32,000 bases of DNA, taken from Candidatus Methylomirabilis oxygeniifera. GTDB taxonomy: Bacteria; Methylomirabilota; Methylomirabilia; Methylomirabilales; Methylomirabilaceae. Shown piece by piece: positions 1-9,342 of the stretch. The translations under genes and the position numbers were made by a program. The DNA lies in contig FP565575.1 in the NCBI GenBank assembly GCA_000091165.1, forward strand, positions 90,001-122,000, written 5' to 3'. The notes beneath the pieces are model-generated. The model searched no databases. It saw only the letters and a list, made by a program, of their open reading frames with translations, and was not told the DNA's origin. How positions within the stretch are numbered: the stretch's first letter is position 1; each line of letters begins with the position of its first letter.

Positions 1-372
1 ACCCAGCACGTAAAAGCAGGGGATACCATTCCCTCGACCCCGAACCATCGGGTGAATGCGGGCATTCGTTACCATCTGTATAAGTGGCTGGCGCTTTCCC
101 TCGACTTGCACTATGTCGGTTCGCAGTACCTGCGCGGCGACGAAGCGAATACTCAGTCGAAATTGAACTCGTACGTCGTCATAAACGCTGGAATCGACTT
201 GCACTGGAAGCACCTCAAAGGCTTTGTGAAGATCAACAATTTGGGGAACAACAAGTATGAGACTTTTGGGACCTTTGCGCCTAACGCCAAGGTTGCCGGA
301 GACCCAATCGAACGCTTCCTGAACCCCGCCCAACCGATCAATGTGTTAGTCGGCGCCAGTTACCGATTCTAG
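1..372 (+). CDS. TonB-dependent receptor, C-terminal fragment (5' end outside window)
   Basis: Frame 1 is open from base 1 (TQHVKAGDTIPSTPNHRVNAGIRYHLYKWLALSLDLHYVGSQYLRGDEAN...) and ends in ...INVLVGASYRF, a typical outer-membrane beta-barrel C-terminus. It is similar in pattern to the C-terminus of the receptor at 23329-25674 (GDVIPGIPKHNAKVG...GNYLRGDDGNNQSKTD...WVGVKLRF). Confidence 0.85.
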   Translation, partial: TQHVKAGDTIPSTPNHRVNAGIRYHLYKWLALSLDLHYVGSQYLRGDEANTQSKLNSYVVINAGIDLHWKHLKGFVKINNLGNNKYETFGTFAPNAKVAGDPIERFLNPAQPINVLVGASYRF

Positions 373-516
373 ACGTGTAGGTATCCTTGATCTGCTCATC
401 ACATTGCGGAAAAAATAGTGTGCAGCAGTTAGGCCTTTCGACTGAAGACTGAAGGAGAACCACCTAACAGCCTTCAGCCTATCGACCTTCTGCCTTCTGT
501 GGGGGCGGCGCACGGT

Positions 517-664
517 ATCGGTGGTGGGGGCTGTTACGTGAGGTGGGTGTAATTTCACACACACCGACGTGCCTCTGATGGTTTCCCGGCATCGAATCGG
601 CCGCAAATGCTTGAATAACCAGACGATTGGCAGATTGGGCAGCGGCTGGAATAGTCCTTGCACA
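517..664 (+). repeat. Intergenic module 1, copy A (upstream of the histidine kinase); second copy at 17329-17478
   Basis: Shared segments include ATCGGTGGTGGGGGCT, GGTGTAATTYCACACACACC, CATCGAAT, GCTTGAATAACC, and ATAGTCNTTGC at the same spacing as in 17329-17478. Confidence 0.85.
647..662 (+). promoter_or_regulatory. Candidate sigma-54 (-24/-12) promoter for the two-component operon
   Basis: TGGAATAGTCCTTGCA: GG(648-649)-N10-GC(660-661), consensus TGGCAC-N5-TTGCW. Palindromic GTGTAATTTCACAC (547-560) lies ~95 bp upstream. Confidence 0.6.
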
Positions 665-756
665 CCTTACCACCTGTTTCACGCTCATCCCCGCTCCCCC
701 CAGCGGCTTGAGTCCTGGCACTTAGGCGCGAAGGGGAGCGGGGACCCTCACCACTC

Positions 757-2226
757 ATGCAGATCAGACGGAAGATCGAACTCGCCTTTGGCGTGATTCT
801 ATGCCTGCTGCTTCTCACCGCAGGGCAAGGATTGTGGATGTTCATCCACACAAAATCCGCGCTTGGCGAATTGCGTCAGGCGTTTTCTGATGTTCTGCTC
901 CTTGATGATCTGAAGGTGTTGATCTACCGACAGGCGAAAGAGATCCCGGACTACCTGACCGGACACGATCCCGATGCCAAAGAGGAATTTCGGAGTTATG
1001 CGGCGCAGATTGCGATGCGATTTCACGAGAGCGACAGGTTAGCCGGTACGCCCGTACAGGCGCGCTACCTTGGGGATCTCCGGCGGGCCTACGCCGCGCA
1101 TGCCCGTTTAGCGGATCGCATCTTCCGAGCCTATGACAGCAAACAGTACCGACGCGCCCTTGGCCTGATGGAGCATGATGTGGAGAACATTGCGCTCCCC
1201 GCGCTCGATCAGGCCGTCGCGTCCCTTCATCGGGCGCTGTATGCCTCGTCCTTCGAGCGTGTTATGGCGCAGGCTCAGTCGTTCGAACGAACGGCCCAGA
1301 TGGTGAGTCTCCTCGCCGTACTGACCACCTTTGGGGCCGGGCTCTTGATCTTCCTATGGCTGTCCCGCGGATTGGTCCGTCCGATCAATGCGCTGGTGGA
1401 GGCGACCCGTGAAGTCGGACAGGGGAATCTCGACATCCAAGGCCTGCCGGTCTCACGTGACGAGATTGGCGAGCTCGCGTCTGCATTCTCAGGTATGGTG
1501 CAGCGGATCAAGCATTTTCAAACCCAAATCGTCGAGACCGAACAGATGGCGTCCATCGGCGCCACGGCGGTCGCGGTGGCCCATGGGCTGCGGAACCCCC
1601 TTGCAAGCGTTCGAGCCTTGGCACAAGTCGCTCTTGTTGAGCATGAATCGTTCCCGGCTGTCAATGAGAGCCTTCACGAGATCATTGCTGAGGTCGATCG
1701 GCTGAATGCGCGCATCAGCCATCTGCTGACCTTTGCGGTCCCTGCCCGGTTGCACCCCGTGTCGGCAGATCTCAATGACGTGATTGAGCGCGTCGTCGCC
1801 GATTTCCAGCAGATCAAGCCGCAGCAGGTCGTCTTCGCCCTCCACCTTGACCCCGGATTGCCTTCCGTGCAACTCGATACGGTGCACATGAAGGAGGTGC
1901 TTCGAGAAATCGTCCTGAACGCCCTTGAGGCGATGCCGGACGGCGGCGACGTCCGCGTGGCAACGAAAAGGGGTGAGGGGCCGGAGGGGCGGCCCATACT
2001 GATACTGGAGGTAGCCGATACGGGTCGCGGCATCGCTGTCGAGGCGTTGCCGCACGTATTCGAACCGTTCTACACCACCCGTGCGGACGGAACGGGGCTC
2101 GGCCTGTCGATTGTCCGACGGCTTGTCGAGCAGCAAGGCGGAACGGTGGCGGTCGAAAGCCATCCTGGTGCGGGAGCTTGCGTGCGCCTGACCTTTCCAC
2201 TCCACGAACCCGGCGAGAGGATGTAG
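757..2226 (+). CDS. Membrane sensor histidine kinase (two TM segments, HAMP, HisKA, HATPase_c), NtrB/ZraS-like
   Basis: 489 aa. N-terminal TM, second TM (SLLAVLTTFGAGLLIFLWL), HAMP, H-box AHGLRNPLASV, N-box EIVLNALEAMPDGG, G-boxes DTGRGI and GTGLGLSIVRRLV. Confidence 0.93.
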   Translation: MQIRRKIELAFGVILCLLLLTAGQGLWMFIHTKSALGELRQAFSDVLLLDDLKVLIYRQAKEIPDYLTGHDPDAKEEFRSYAAQIAMRFHESDRLAGTPVQARYLGDLRRAYAAHARLADRIFRAYDSKQYRRALGLMEHDVENIALPALDQAVASLHRALYASSFERVMAQAQSFERTAQMVSLLAVLTTFGAGLLIFLWLSRGLVRPINALVEATREVGQGNLDIQGLPVSRDEIGELASAFSGMVQRIKHFQTQIVETEQMASIGATAVAVAHGLRNPLASVRALAQVALVEHESFPAVNESLHEIIAEVDRLNARISHLLTFAVPARLHPVSADLNDVIERVVADFQQIKPQQVVFALHLDPGLPSVQLDTVHMKEVLREIVLNALEAMPDGGDVRVATKRGEGPEGRPILILEVADTGRGIAVEALPHVFEPFYTTRADGTGLGLSIVRRLVEQQGGTVAVESHPGAGACVRLTFPLHEPGERM

Positions 2227-2229
2227 GCC

Positions 2230-3606
2230 ATGGCGTTGAGCGTGCTGATTGTGGAGGATGAACGGAGTCTTGCGAAATCGATCGCGACTTTTTTGACCAG
2301 AAAGGGGCACAGTGTGGCGACGGCCGAGGATGGGGAACAGGGTTGGCAGCAGGCGCAGCAGCTCGACCCGCAGTTTGTCATCCTCGACTCGCGACTGCCA
2401 AGGATGGCCGGTATCGATCTCCTTCGAAAGGTCCGACAGATGAATCCGGCGACCGTGGTGATGATGACCACCGCCTATGGCACCGTCAATGACGCGGTAG
2501 AGGCAATGAAACTCGGCGCCTTCGACTATCTGGAGAAGCCGGTCGATATGGAGCGGCTGCAGATGATCCTGGAGCGAGCCGAAGAGCACTTTCGTCTCCG
2601 GCAAGAAATCGCCTACTACCGGGAGCGAGAGAGGCCGATCCTTGTGGGTCAGTCGCCGACGATCCAGAGGGTGTTCGAGAAATTTGACCAGCTCGCCACC
2701 CTGGGACGAACCGCCTCAATGCCCACCATCCTCCTGTTGGGCGAGACCGGCACGGGGAAGGGCGTAGTCGCTCGCCTGCTCCATGAACGGAGCGACCGTC
2801 GCGACAAGCCCTTTGTTGAGGTCAATTCCCTGGCGCTTCCGCCGACCTTGATCGAGGCGGAACTGTTCGGATACGAGCGCGGAGCCTTTACCGATGCGAA
2901 GACGTCCAGAATCGGTCTGTTTGAAGCGGCCGAGGGAGGGACCCTCTTCCTTGATGAGATCGGCGATCTCCCTTTACCCCTGCAGGGTAAGCTGCTGGCG
3001 GCGATCGAAAAAAAGATCATCCGGCGGATCGGAAGCGTGATCGATCGGAAGGTCGATGTCTGGATCATCACGGCGACCAATCGGGATCTCGACGCGTGCA
3101 TCAAAGACGGCACCTTCCGGGCCGACCTCTTTTACCGAATTTCCGGCATGACGATTCCACTTCCGCCGCTCCGTGACCGCGGGGACGACATCCTGTTGCT
3201 GGCACGGTATTTCGCGCGGACCGCGAGTAAGACCTATGGCAAACCGGAACCCACGATCGGCGAAGAGGCCGCCGAGGCGCTACGCCGCTATCACTGGCCC
3301 GGTAATGTTCGTGAGCTGTCACACGCCGTCGAGCAAGCGGTTCTGTGGGCGGCAGGGGAGACGTTGCACCCGGAGGATTTTCCGTTTGTGCGGACCGGCG
3401 TTGCAGTGCAGGTGGCGGATGCCTCCGGCGAAGAGGACAATGAGCATCATCACTGGAATCTCCATGAGATGGAGAAACGCCTGATCGAGAAGGCCCTGCG
3501 GCACACCGACGGCAACATTTCTCAAGCGGCCAGGCTGCTCGGCATTACGCGGGATATCCTCCGATACCGCATCGAGAAGTACCGCGGCCTCTCGTCTTCC
3601 CACTAA
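2230..3606 (+). CDS. NtrC-family sigma-54-dependent response regulator
   Basis: 458 aa. Receiver domain (VEDERSLAK...ILDSRLPRM), AAA+ Walker A GETGTGKG, sigma-54 contact motif GAFTDA, Walker B GGTLFLDEIGD, C-terminal Fis-type HTH (GNISQAARLLGITRDILRYRIEKY). 3 nt downstream of the kinase stop. Confidence 0.96.
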   Translation: MALSVLIVEDERSLAKSIATFLTRKGHSVATAEDGEQGWQQAQQLDPQFVILDSRLPRMAGIDLLRKVRQMNPATVVMMTTAYGTVNDAVEAMKLGAFDYLEKPVDMERLQMILERAEEHFRLRQEIAYYRERERPILVGQSPTIQRVFEKFDQLATLGRTASMPTILLLGETGTGKGVVARLLHERSDRRDKPFVEVNSLALPPTLIEAELFGYERGAFTDAKTSRIGLFEAAEGGTLFLDEIGDLPLPLQGKLLAAIEKKIIRRIGSVIDRKVDVWIITATNRDLDACIKDGTFRADLFYRISGMTIPLPPLRDRGDDILLLARYFARTASKTYGKPEPTIGEEAAEALRRYHWPGNVRELSHAVEQAVLWAAGETLHPEDFPFVRTGVAVQVADASGEEDNEHHHWNLHEMEKRLIEKALRHTDGNISQAARLLGITRDILRYRIEKYRGLSSSH

Positions 3607-3699
3607 AAACTCCGACTCGATCAGGGGTCAGGTATGACGTGTTGATGTTGTCAATCGCCATCCCTTTCGCGCGGCCTCACAGAGCTACTGCACCGTCGT

Positions 3700-3954
3700 C
3701 TAAAGATCCGGATCTCGCGTCATCTCCTCAACCAACCGCTGCAGTCCCCGACTCAATCCCCCCGGATCGTGCCCCAACATCCCGGCCATCGCGTGCATCG
3801 TCAGGTCGCCCACTTCTCGCCCGACTCCCGCCTGGAGCAACGGCAGATAGTGTTGACAATCGGCCGCATCGCGAAAGATCGGCCGGCCCTGATTGCCACG
3901 GCTGACCACGTGGGAGCTGGCGCCCGGATCATGGATGCGGGGCTTCCTCGCCAT
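3700..3954 (-). pseudogene. Internally deleted REP-associated tyrosine transposase (RAYT/TnpA_REP family) remnant
   Basis: MARKPRIHDPGASSHVVSRGNQGRPIFRDAADCQHYLPLL (family N-terminus) is followed directly by MLGHDPGGLSRGLQRLVEEMTRDPDL (HTH-like C-terminal end). The HUH/Tyr catalytic core is absent. Upstream in-frame Met at 3972. Confidence 0.75.
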
Positions 3955-4011
3955 GTCGATCATGTCCGCCATGCCATGTCACTTGTCAATACGTCACGCC
4001 TGACCCATTTA

Positions 4012-4104
4012 CACACAATCAACGAATTGGCGGGTGAACCGTGGAGCATCTCAGGGCTGGCGTGGCGATTGCTCATTCCTCAGGTTGACGGATCTGAGGT
4101 GGCA
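4012..4104 (+). repeat. Direct repeat copy 1 flanking the toxin-antitoxin pair
   Basis: CACACAATCAACGAATTGGCGGGTGAACCGTGGAGCATCTCAGGGCTGGCGTGGCGATTGCTC...GATGGATCTGAGGTGGCA-type sequence; near-identical to 5053-5139. Confidence 0.8.
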
Positions 4105-4232
4105 TGATCGAGGCTAGCGTCCTGAAAATATTCGCTGTATAGTGACTGATGTCATTTCGGCCAAGCCCGCATAGCGGGCGCGAGCCGGAATCCAGGAAAT
4201 AACAGGAGTTCTGGATCTGGGCGGGCTGTGCG

Positions 4233-4637
4233 CTATACCGTCCAGACAGAGAGCCCGATATGGCGCGTCATGAGGTCAAAGTGCTTATCGCAGTGAAGAA
4301 GGTGGCACCGGTAGCTCAAGGCGACAGCGGCAATAAGATGATCCGTCGATGGGACGGACAAACCCTCTCGTCGAATTGTATGAGCAATCCCGTAGGCTGA
4401 TCTCCAGACTGACTCAGTAATCGGGAATCGTTGTAGTGCTTCCAAGTCCTCGCGCAACTCTCGGTACTCCGCCTCCGTCCGTGTGCCGGCGGCGAGCTCC
4501 AGAATGATCATTTCACACGTGGCTACCCGCCCCTCAGTCAACAAGCGACGGACTTCTTGTCGAACAGCGGGATCTCCAGAGGGCCGCAGGGCATGAATCC
4601 AGGCTGAGGTATCGATCAGAACCCATCCATCAGCCAT
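4233..4637 (-). CDS. vapC: PIN-domain ribonuclease toxin (VapC family)
   Basis: 134 aa: VLIDTSAWIHALR, later E and D acidic positions (MIILELAAGTRTEAEY, VPSTDHLIAAVAL, LLHCDKHFDLM), C-terminal to a VapB-like ORF with 8-bp overlap. Confidence 0.85.
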   Translation of the reverse strand: MADGWVLIDTSAWIHALRPSGDPAVRQEVRRLLTEGRVATCEMIILELAAGTRTEAEYRELREDLEALQRFPITESVWRSAYGIAHTIRREGLSVPSTDHLIAAVALSYRCHLLHCDKHFDLMTRHIGLSVWTV

Positions 4638-4833
4638 CGGCGCGAAGCTTGGCGAGTTTCCTCGGAGTTAAGTCCAGAGGAAAGTGGCCAAGTTTTCCAA
4701 GGAGACGCTCGATCCGCTGCTGGCGGATAAGGGCCTCCAGAGAGCGGTGGATCACCTCCTTCTTCGTCTTGGCCTTGGTAAGCACCTGCGCCTGCTTGAG
4801 GAGCGTGTTGTCGATCTCTAGCGTTGTTCTCAT
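4630..4833 (-). CDS. vapB: VapB-type antitoxin
   Basis: MRTTLEIDNTLLKQAQVLTKAKTKKEVIHRSLEALIRQQRIERLLGKLGHF: ribbon-helix-helix-like N-terminus. AGGAGG Shine-Dalgarno before ATG at 4833 on the minus strand. The track's longer start (4854) is less likely. Confidence 0.85.
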   Translation of the reverse strand: MRTTLEIDNTLLKQAQVLTKAKTKKEVIHRSLEALIRQQRIERLLGKLGHFPLDLTPRKLAKLRADG

Positions 4834-5052
4834 TGTGGAACCTCCTGTATGCATAAAACTAGACCGATCTTTATGCTATGTCAAGTTTCTTCGGTCTGGT
4901 TTGTCGGGACTTGAGCCTGCCGCCTGGCTGTCGGAGGAAGGGCCCTGAGGCAGTACGCCACGTGGGCTTTCTCCCAATACCAACCGTATAGCGCAAGAGG
5001 GGAGCGGAGATGCGCCCATTGTCCGTCATCTCCCTCGACGGCCCACGTAAGC

Positions 5053-5139
5053 CACACAATCAACGAGTTGGTGGGTGAACCATGGAACATCTCAGATCTG
5101 GCGTGGCGATTGCTCCAGGTAGATGGATCTGAAGTGGCA
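5053..5139 (+). repeat. Direct repeat copy 2 flanking the toxin-antitoxin pair
   Basis: CCACACAATCAACGAGTTGGTGGGTGAACCATGGAACATCTCAGATCTGGCGTGGCGATTGCTCCAGGTAGATGGATCTGAAGTGGCA; matches 4012-4104. Confidence 0.8.
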
Positions 5140-5144
5140 GCCCC

Positions 5145-5393
5145 CGCGGCAAGCCACGGGGAATGAACCCCAGGTGGATTCAAGAGTTGCTGGGCCATCG
5201 GGATGTGAGCACGACGATGATCTACACGCACGTGTTGAACCGGGGCGGACGGGAGGTCAATAGCCCCGCTGGTCGACTCGGCTGCAAACTGAAGAGACCA
5301 TTGGAGTCTGCCGGAATAGCTGACAATTTCTTGTTAAGTATGGAAAAAGCTTGTAGGATTTGTAGCAATCGCAAAACCAACCAGTGGAAATAA
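5145..5393 (+). pseudogene. C-terminal fragment of a tyrosine recombinase (IntI/phage integrase-like)
   Basis: [39 protein letters not shown] contains the H-R...TMIYTHV catalytic tyrosine segment. No N-terminal or core region with the first Arg is present upstream. Confidence 0.8.
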
Positions 5394-5682
5394 GCTGGCC
5401 AATCTACCCAATAGTTCGACCCTGACGTTCGAAGCTCACAACGGGTGACAACCAGCGTCTTGTGAGGTACTCCCAAGCATCAAGACAAGAATCGGGGTTG
5501 GTGAAAGGAGGATTGAGCCGCAAAGCAACCGTCCGAGCATCTCCTCAGCGCACTCTTCTTCCGGGCCAACGACTGCATAGATCGATGAGCCTCTCCTCAG
5601 TGCCGAATCCTCAATATCCGCGCCAATTCTCCCGCCTTTCTCATGACCTGTTCTACATAACGACATTAGTCTCAGGCAATTT

Positions 5683-5768
5683 GTCATTCCGGGCTTGACC
5701 CCGGATCGGGTCCGGGGAAGGTTCCGGAATCCAGTACATTTCTAGATTCCCGCTTTCGCGGGAATGAC
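5683..5768. repeat. Small inverted-repeat element (REP/MITE-like)
   Basis: Ends GTCATTCC...GGAATGAC. Internal perfect 8-bp stem ATTCCCGC-TTTC-GCGGGAAT (5746-5765). Confidence 0.65.
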
Positions 5769-5979
5769 GTCCGTTGTTACGACTTACGACGCTATGAATA
5801 ATTCAATGTTCGCTATGACCCGTTATCGACCTATCTACTGGTAAGCAGCTCTGGAACTCTGCGACTCTATCAGCTTTCCCACCTTCCCAGAAACCGTGTA
5901 GGTCGCGGGAATACCGCATGTGCCGTGGGCGCGCCCATGGGCATGAAGGCCAGAGGCCAGACCCCCGCGCGCTGCGGTC

Positions 5980-6069
5980 GTCATTGCGAGCGACCGAAGG
6001 GAGTGCGGCAATCTCATCGTAGTTGCCCCGAACGACTGTGAGATTGCTTCGGCGTCGCCTCGCAATGAC
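5980..6069. repeat. 90-bp MITE-like element
   Basis: Terminal inverted repeats GTCATTGCGAG (5980-5990) and CTCGCAATGAC (6059-6069). Internal GGCAATCTC/GAGATTGC complementarity. Confidence 0.75.
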
Positions 6070-6076
6070 ACGGGGG

Positions 6077-6128
6077 ACTTTCTGAGCAATACCCCATGCG
6101 GCGACGCCGCACCACGGCGGATGAAAAT
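6077..6128. repeat. Dispersed repeat, copy 1 (copy 2 at 21555-21603)
   Basis: CTTTCTGAGCAATACCCCATGCGGCGACGCCGCACCACGGCGGATGAAAA versus TTTTCTGAGCATAGCCCATGTGTCACCGGTACACCACGGCGCATGAAAA. Confidence 0.7.
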
Positions 6129-6286
6129 GCTGGCTGAGGGAGAGTGGTGCCCGAGATGTCGGGTTACGCTGCGCTAACCTGACCTACGGCTGCTCCCGCG
6201 AGGGTCCACCTGCCATGCTGTGCCGCCGACAGAGGCGACGGTGTGAGTTCAACTGCAATATTCTGGTTGAAAGTCTGAGAAAGCGC

Positions 6287-6481
6287 CCGTCTGCGTGATA
6301 ATCCACACGACTCTCGTCGTGTATGCGAAAGTTCGCCCATTCACTCCTCGTAAGGTCACACGCACGGTTCCATCAGCATCGTGCCGATCGTTCGTTTTCT
6401 CAGCTGAGACAAGGGTTTACGAGCGCTTCTGCGACTACGACGATAGCCGTCAAAGGCGTGGCATCCCGCTTGCTAATCATA
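6287..6481 (+). promoter_or_regulatory. Intergenic module 2, copy A: conserved sigma-54 promoter region upstream of mxaF
   Basis: Shared with 17499-17695: GTCTGCGTGATAATCCACA, GCGAAANTTCGCCCATTCACTCC, CACACGCACGGTT, CGATCGT, GACAAG, GTGGCATCCCGCTTGCTRAT. The -24/-12 box is TGGCATCCCGCTTGCT at 6459-6474. Inverted repeat GCGAAAGTTCGC at 6325-6336. Confidence 0.8.
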
Positions 6482-6532
6482 CCTCGTCGGCGTTGAGTTC
6501 AGCGCTGTTCCACGTGTAGCGGAGGAGGTTTA

Positions 6533-8449
6533 ATGGAACAGTTTGCAGCATCGGCGCTGCGCGATCGGTGCAGGCAGATCGTATTGGGGAGTGTAAGCAG
6601 GGAAGCACGTCAAGGTGACCACAACAGGAAAGGGGGAGGAGTAATGCGATTGCACATGAGGGGCGCGAGAGGCATGCTGCTTGTCGGTGGTATGCTTCTC
6701 CACTTAACTATGACATCGTCCGTGGCCTCTGCCAACGAAGAGCTCATCCGACTTGCCAAGGATGAACGCAACTGGGTGATGCAGACGAAGGACTACACCG
6801 TCCAACGATTCAGTAAGCTGGACCAGATCGATACGAGCAACGTCAAAAACTTGCAGCCGGCCTGGTCTTTCTCCACCGGCGTCCTCCACGGCCACGAGGG
6901 GGGTCCGCTCGTCGTCAACGGGATCATGTATGTCCATAGCGCATACCCTAACAACGTCTACGCGATCGATCTGGAGCATCCGGAAAAGATCATGTGGGAG
7001 TATCGGCCGAAGCAGAACCCGGCGGCTAGGGCGGTCGCGTGCTGCGATCTGGTCAACCGGGGACTGGCGTACGGTGACGGCAAGCTCATCCTGAGCACCC
7101 TGGATGGCCAGCTCATCGCTATGGACGCCAAGACCGGCAAAGTGATCTGGAATGTCGAGACGGCAGATGTCTCCGTCGGCCAGACGCAAACGCAGGCCCC
7201 CTTTGTCGTCAAGGATAAGGTGATTATCGGCTCCGCCGGCGCCGAACTCGGCGTGCGCGGCTACGTTACCGCCTTCAACCTCAAGGACGGCAAGAAGGTA
7301 TGGCGGGCCTTCGCCACCGGTCCGGACAAGGACATCCTCCTCGACAAGGATTTCAACAAGCAGAATCCCCATTACGGCCGATTCGGTCTTGGTCTCAAGA
7401 CCTGGGAGGGAGATGCCTGGAAGATCGGCGGCGGGACTAACTGGGGGTGGTATGCCTATGATCCGAAACTCGATCTGATCTATTACGGCTCCGGCAATCC
7501 GGCCCCGTGGAATGAAACGATGCGCCCTGGCGACAATAAGTGGACGATGACCATGTGGGGTCGCAATCCGGACACCGGCCTGGCCAAGTATGGCTATCAG
7601 AAGACCCCACACGATGAGTGGGACTACGCCGGTATCAACTACATGATGCTGACGGATCAGGTCATTAATGGCAAGATGACCCCCCTTGTCACTCACCCGG
7701 ATCGCAACGGGATCATCTATACCCTAAACCGGGAGACTGGAAGCCTGGTGGCCGCTGACAAGATCGATCCCAGCGTGAACTGGACGAGAAAGGTCGATCT
7801 GAAGACGGGCATAGCGATCCGGGACCCTGAATTCAGCACCCGGATGGATCATAAGGCGCGCGGCATCTGCCCCTCTGCTATGGGATATCACAACCAGGGT
7901 CTCGACTCCTACGATCCGCGCTCAGAGATCTTCTTCATGGGCGTCAATCACATCTGCATGGACTGGGAGCCGTTCATGCTTCCATATCGGGCAGGGCAGT
8001 TCTTCGTCGGCGCGACGCTGAGCATGTACCCCGGGCCTAAGGGGTATCTGGGGGAGGTCAAGGCCTATGATGTCAAGACCAACTCCATGAAGTGGGAGAA
8101 GGCTGAGAAGTTCTCCGTCTGGGGCGGCACCATGGCCACCGCCGGCAATCTCGTCTTCTACGGCACGCTTGACGGGTGGTTTAAGGCGCTCGATTCCGGT
8201 AGCGGTGAGGAGCTGTGGAAATTCAAGTTGCCCTCCGGTGTTATCGGCCATCCGATCACGTATGAGCACAACGGTAAGCAGTATGTCGCCATCTTGTATG
8301 GGGTTGGCGGCTGGCCTGGCGTCGGGCTTGTCTTTGACCTGAATGACCCCACCGCCGGCCTCGGCTCAGTCGGCGCCTTCAAGGAGTTGGCAAAATACAC
8401 CAAGATGGGCGGTGGACTCATGGTCTTTGCGCTTCCAGAGGGTCGTTGA
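6533..8449 (+). CDS. mxaF: PQQ-dependent methanol dehydrogenase large subunit, calcium (MxaF) type
   Basis: 638 aa, or 601 aa from ATG 6644 which exposes a signal peptide. Has the vicinal Cys motif [11 protein letters not shown] and active-site segment DEWDYAG (Ala, not Asp, at the lanthanide-diagnostic position). Followed by mxaJ, mxaG, mxaI. Confidence 0.95.
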   Translation: MEQFAASALRDRCRQIVLGSVSREARQGDHNRKGGGVMRLHMRGARGMLLVGGMLLHLTMTSSVASANEELIRLAKDERNWVMQTKDYTVQRFSKLDQIDTSNVKNLQPAWSFSTGVLHGHEGGPLVVNGIMYVHSAYPNNVYAIDLEHPEKIMWEYRPKQNPAARAVACCDLVNRGLAYGDGKLILSTLDGQLIAMDAKTGKVIWNVETADVSVGQTQTQAPFVVKDKVIIGSAGAELGVRGYVTAFNLKDGKKVWRAFATGPDKDILLDKDFNKQNPHYGRFGLGLKTWEGDAWKIGGGTNWGWYAYDPKLDLIYYGSGNPAPWNETMRPGDNKWTMTMWGRNPDTGLAKYGYQKTPHDEWDYAGINYMMLTDQVINGKMTPLVTHPDRNGIIYTLNRETGSLVAADKIDPSVNWTRKVDLKTGIAIRDPEFSTRMDHKARGICPSAMGYHNQGLDSYDPRSEIFFMGVNHICMDWEPFMLPYRAGQFFVGATLSMYPGPKGYLGEVKAYDVKTNSMKWEKAEKFSVWGGTMATAGNLVFYGTLDGWFKALDSGSGEELWKFKLPSGVIGHPITYEHNGKQYVAILYGVGGWPGVGLVFDLNDPTAGLGSVGAFKELAKYTKMGGGLMVFALPEGR

Positions 8450-9342
8450 TGAGGCGAGGATTAGCGCTCCTATTCGCGACCATTACGGTCGGCCCTGCGG
8501 GTTGGCTCGCCTCATCGCCGCCCGCAGGGGCCGATCAAACGACCGCGATCTCGGCGCCGCTCAAGGTCTGCTCCGCGGCTGATGAGCTGCCCTACTCCAA
8601 CGAGAAGCTCGAGGGGTTTGAGAACCGGATCGCAGTCGTCATCGGGGAGGAGTTGCGACGTCCTATCGAGCATGTCTGGTGGAAGGATCCGCGGTTTTAC
8701 ATCCGTGATCTGCTCGAAGCTGGCGCCTGTGACATCACTATAGGGATCGATGCGGGAAATCCACGAGTATTGAGCAGTCAGCCGTACTACCGCTCCGGCT
8801 ATGTTTTCATCTACCGCAAGGACAAAGGGATATCGATCTCCGACTGGAACAGCCCAATCCTGAAGACCGCCACCATTGCGGTTGTTCCCGGAACCCCAGC
8901 AGAAACGATGTTGAAGCAGATCGATCGATATTACGAGCTTTTTAACTACCTGATGTCCCTTGTCGACTACAAATCACGGCGTAACCAGTATGTGAAGTAC
9001 GATCCTGCCCGGCTCGTACAGGAGGTCATCTCGGGACGAGCCGATGTGGCGGTCCTCTGGGGCCCTTCGGCCGCCAGGTATGTCAGGCAGTCCTCTATCC
9101 CGCTCGAGATGGTAATGATTCCTGATCGTGCGACCAGAACCGATGGTGAGCCGGTTCCTCATCATTATGATACATCGCTCGGCGTCAGAAAGGAGGATCA
9201 GGGGTTGCTCAACCAACTGAATGACGCCCTTGTTCGGCGCCGTGGCGAGATTGAGACGATCCTCAAGGCAGAAGGGATTCCGGCGTTGCCGCTGACGTCG
9301 AATCGCCTTACCGCCGCCGAGGGAGGAGTAGCGCAACGATGA
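8446..9342 (+). CDS. mxaJ: MxaJ, periplasmic solute-binding-like protein of methanol oxidation
   Basis: [32 protein letters not shown]...[36 protein letters not shown]. Overlaps the mxaF stop by ATGA. Confidence 0.92.
   Translation: MMRRGLALLFATITVGPAGWLASSPPAGADQTTAISAPLKVCSAADELPYSNEKLEGFENRIAVVIGEELRRPIEHVWWKDPRFYIRDLLEAGACDITIGIDAGNPRVLSSQPYYRSGYVFIYRKDKGISISDWNSPILKTATIAVVPGTPAETMLKQIDRYYELFNYLMSLVDYKSRRNQYVKYDPARLVQEVISGRADVAVLWGPSAARYVRQSSIPLEMVMIPDRATRTDGEPVPHHYDTSLGVRKEDQGLLNQLNDALVRRRGEIETILKAEGIPALPLTSNRLTAAEGGVAQR

Noticed and set aside
440-490. CAGCCTTCAGCCT-type sequence resembling TCAGCCTTCAGCGGTCAGC at ~26989-27009
   Set aside because: Short low-complexity similarity, too little to call a repeat family from this window alone.
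1489-2604. 371-aa minus-strand ORF opposite the kinase/regulator
   Set aside because: Overlaps two well-supported genes in full and shows no recognisable protein features.
3769-4107. Plus-strand ORF MPQHPGHRVHRQ...
   Set aside because: Antisense to the RAYT remnant and reading into the 4012-4104 repeat. Best explained as a chance ORF.
6240-6300. A second sigma-54 box immediately upstream of module 2 at mxaF, parallel to the xoxF arrangement
   Set aside because: The closest candidate (GTGAGTTCAACTGC) lacks the GG at the right distance, and module 1 is not present there.
6704-7696. Long antisense ORF (330 aa) opposite mxaF
   Set aside because: High-GC mirror ORF of a strongly supported MDH gene. 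No signal peptide, family motif or RBS support. The same applies to antisense ORFs at 12250-13236, 20408-21157, 22299-23114, 24040-24873, 17826-19253 and 31245-31880.
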